From NCBI RefSeq assembly GCF_018977255.1, contig NW_024705554.1, positions 1 to 34,767 on the forward strand: a stretch of DNA of 34,767 nucleotides. The letters run 5' to 3'. The translations under genes were made by a program, and so were the position numbers. The notes under the pieces were generated by a model, which was not told the DNA's origin, did no database searches, and worked only from the letters and a program-made list of their open reading frames with translations. Shown here one piece after another: positions 32,721 through 34,767 of this stretch. Source of the DNA: Callorhinchus milii. Lineage: Eukaryota. How positions within the stretch are numbered: position 1 is the first letter of the stretch; each line of letters starts with the position of its first letter.

Positions 32721-33108
32721 CCGTGCTGAGTGCTCCGACTGTCACCTTGATGCTCCACAAGGACGCGATGCTGGAGGAGGGTGGTGAGGAGGGTGGTGAG
32801 GAGGTGGTGAGGAGGGTGGTGAGGAGGGTGGTGAGGAGGGTGGTGAGGAGGGTGGTGAGGAGGGTGGTGAGGAGGAGGAGGAGAGTGGTGGTAAGCGTGA
32901 GGACTACGAACATGACGACAAAGATGGCTACGAGAATGACTACGACGACGATGATGACGACGATGAGGGTGATGGCGGCGATGGCGGTGGCGACGAGGGA
33001 GAGCGGTGGGAGCTGTCCGTGCGGGTCTCCATGAGGAGTGAGTGGAGGAGGAGGATGGCGCAGAATGACGTGCTGTACCATCTACAAGCCGAGAATCCAC
33101 AAGGAGGG
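32721..33108 (+). CDS. Class II cytokine receptor exon 4 (FNIII D2, first half; 1-nt frameshift at ~32804)
   Basis: ctcag|CC phase 1; [10 protein letters not shown](EEGG)n-acidic [14 protein letters not shown]...[13 protein letters not shown]; phase-0 donor GGG|gtgtga at 33108, or ACG|gtgaga at 33122 if a further G is missing. Confidence 0.65.
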
Positions 33109-33124
33109 GTGTGACTAGCACGGT

Positions 33125-33755
33125 GAGAGTGGGGGGGTGGTGGGTGGGTGAGTGGGTGTGTGGGTGGGTGAGTGGGTGTGTGGGTGGGTGTGTGTGTGAG
33201 TGGGTGGGTGAGTGGGTGGGTGGGTGGGTGAGTGGGTGGGTGTGTGAGTGGGTGTGTGTGTGAGTGGGTGGGTGAGTGGGTGGGTGAGTGGGTGGGTGAG
33301 TCGGTGGGTGAGTGGGTGGGTTGGTGGGTGGGTGAGTGGGTGTGTGGGTGGGTGAGTGGGTGAGTGGGTGTATGGGTGTGTGAGTAGGTGGGTGGGTGGG
33401 TGGTGTGTGAGTGGGTGGGTGAGTGGGTGGGTGAGTGGGTGGGTGGGTGGGTGAGTGGGTGGGTGAGTGAGTGGGTGAGGGGGTGAGTGGGTGGATGAGT
33501 GGGTGGGTGGGTGGTGGGTGGTGGGTGGGTGAGTGGGTGGGTGGATGAGTGGGTGGGTTGGTGAGTGGGTGGGTGAGTGGGTGGGTGAGTGGGTGGGTGA
33601 GTGGGTGGATGAGTGAGTGAGTGGGTGGGTGGGTGAGTGGGTGAGTGGGTGAGTGGGTGGGTGAGTGGGTGAGTGGTGGGTGGTGGGTGAGTGGGTGGGT
33701 GGGTGAGTGGGGTGGGCGGGTGGGTGGGAGAGTGAGTGGGTGAGTGGGTGGGTGG
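33125..33755. repeat. (GGGT/GAGT)n repeat in intron 4
   Basis: Direct observation; reverse complement of the intron 2 repeat type. Confidence 0.9.
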
Positions 33756-33980
33756 TGATGCTACTACTACTGATGACGATGCTATTGCTGCTGCTGCTAC
33801 TGAATGTCCAGAAATGGTTGAGTTCTGTCAGCTTCCACTTCCATGCTGAATTGGATGGATGGGTTTTGCGAGTTGAGATGATTTAGAAACGCGCTCAGTG
33901 TATCTTTGCTGTGTGGCCAGACCACCGATGTGTCATCCACGTAATTCGGCACACTGAGACCATCTGCTTGCTCCTGCCAG

Positions 33981-34143
33981 GAGCGCTTTGTGGGATGTCG
34001 CTACCGCCACGCGCTGCCTCAGCCTGCAGGCGCTGCTGAGTACTGCGTCCGCGTGAGAGTCGCGGCTCGCTACCCACGGTGGAAGACAGGGGAGTGGTCT
34101 CCACTGTCGTGTGTCTCCGTCCCTCCACCACACAGCGCCGTGG
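33981..34143 (+). CDS. Class II cytokine receptor exon 5 (FNIII D2, second half)
   Basis: cctgccag|GAG...GTG G|gtgagt, phase 0-1; ERFVGCRYRHALPQPAGAAEYCVRVRVAARYPRWKTGEWSPLSCVSV: YC-x21-C with GEWS as in IL10RB 'YCVQV...GEWS..VC'. Not in the supplied ORF track. Confidence 0.85.
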
Positions 34144-34634
34144 GTGAGTGGGTGGGTGGGTGAGTGGGTGGGTGGGTGGGTCGGTGGGTGAGTGAGTGGG
34201 ATGGTAAGTGAGTGGGTGGGTGGGGGTGGGTGAGTGAGTGGTGGTGGGTGGGTGGGTGGGTGGGTGGGTGGGTGGGTGAGTGAGTGAGTGAGTGGGTGAG
34301 TGAGTGGGTGGGTGGGTGGGTGAGTGGGTGGGTGAGTTGGTGGGTGGGTGAGTGAGTGGGTGAGTGGGTGAGTGAGTGAGTGGGTAAGTGGATGGGTGGG
34401 TGAGTGAGTGAGTGGTGGTGAGTGAGTGAGTGGGTTGGTGGGTTGGTAGGTGAGTGAGTGGGTGGGTGGGTGAGTGGGTGGGTGAGTGGGTGGGTGGGTG
34501 GGTGAGTGGGTGGGTGAGTAGTTGACTGAGTGGGTGGTTGAGTGAGTGGGTGCGTGGGTGAGTGGTGGTGGGTGGGTGAGCGAGTGATTTGGTAAGTAGT
34601 TGAGTGATTGAGTGGGTGAGTGGGTGGGTGAGTG
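34144..34634. repeat. (GGGT/GAGT)n repeat in intron 5
   Basis: Direct observation. Confidence 0.9.
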
Positions 34635-34767
34635 GCGCACCCGTTTAGCCCCCTCTATCCGGCTGAACAAAAGCTGTTCAGACATGCGGTGGCTGGGCAT
34701 GCGGGCTACATAGCCCAGCCAACGCAGCCTTGCCTGCCGGAGGAGCTCACCGATGGGACTTTGTCCA
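34635..34767 (-). mobile_element. RTE LINE fragment running off the window
   Basis: Matches 22163-22292 ([24 protein letters not shown]) with substitutions. Confidence 0.9.

Overview
Eukaryotic, intron-rich vertebrate DNA; the GC-rich exons, microsatellite-filled introns, V-SINE-like and RTE repeats suggest a lamprey-type (cyclostome) genome (inference). Most long ORFs in the supplied track are artefacts of simple repeats. Reading splice sites by hand reveals three host genes: (1) the first three coding exons of CCDC157 on the minus strand (3684->1778); (2) a plus-strand CADM/nectin-like (Necl) receptor with only one V-set Ig domain, a Thr/acidic stalk, a TM helix and a protein-4.1-type cytoplasmic motif (18510-21416; signal exon not found); (3) exons 1-5 of a plus-strand class II helical cytokine receptor (interferon/IL-10 receptor family, IL10RB-like features, intron phases 1-2-1-0-1; 26082-34143, continuing beyond the window). 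Mobile DNA includes a decayed AcademX DNA transposon with TIRs (4843-9378), a full-length RTE LINE whose 5' end is an HDV-like ribozyme (21727-25407) plus three partial copies, L2 and Hero-like LINE fragments, two Penelope-like pLTR fragments with minimal hammerhead motifs, and tRNA-derived SINEs. Several 1-nt deletions in otherwise intact exons look like long-read assembly errors.
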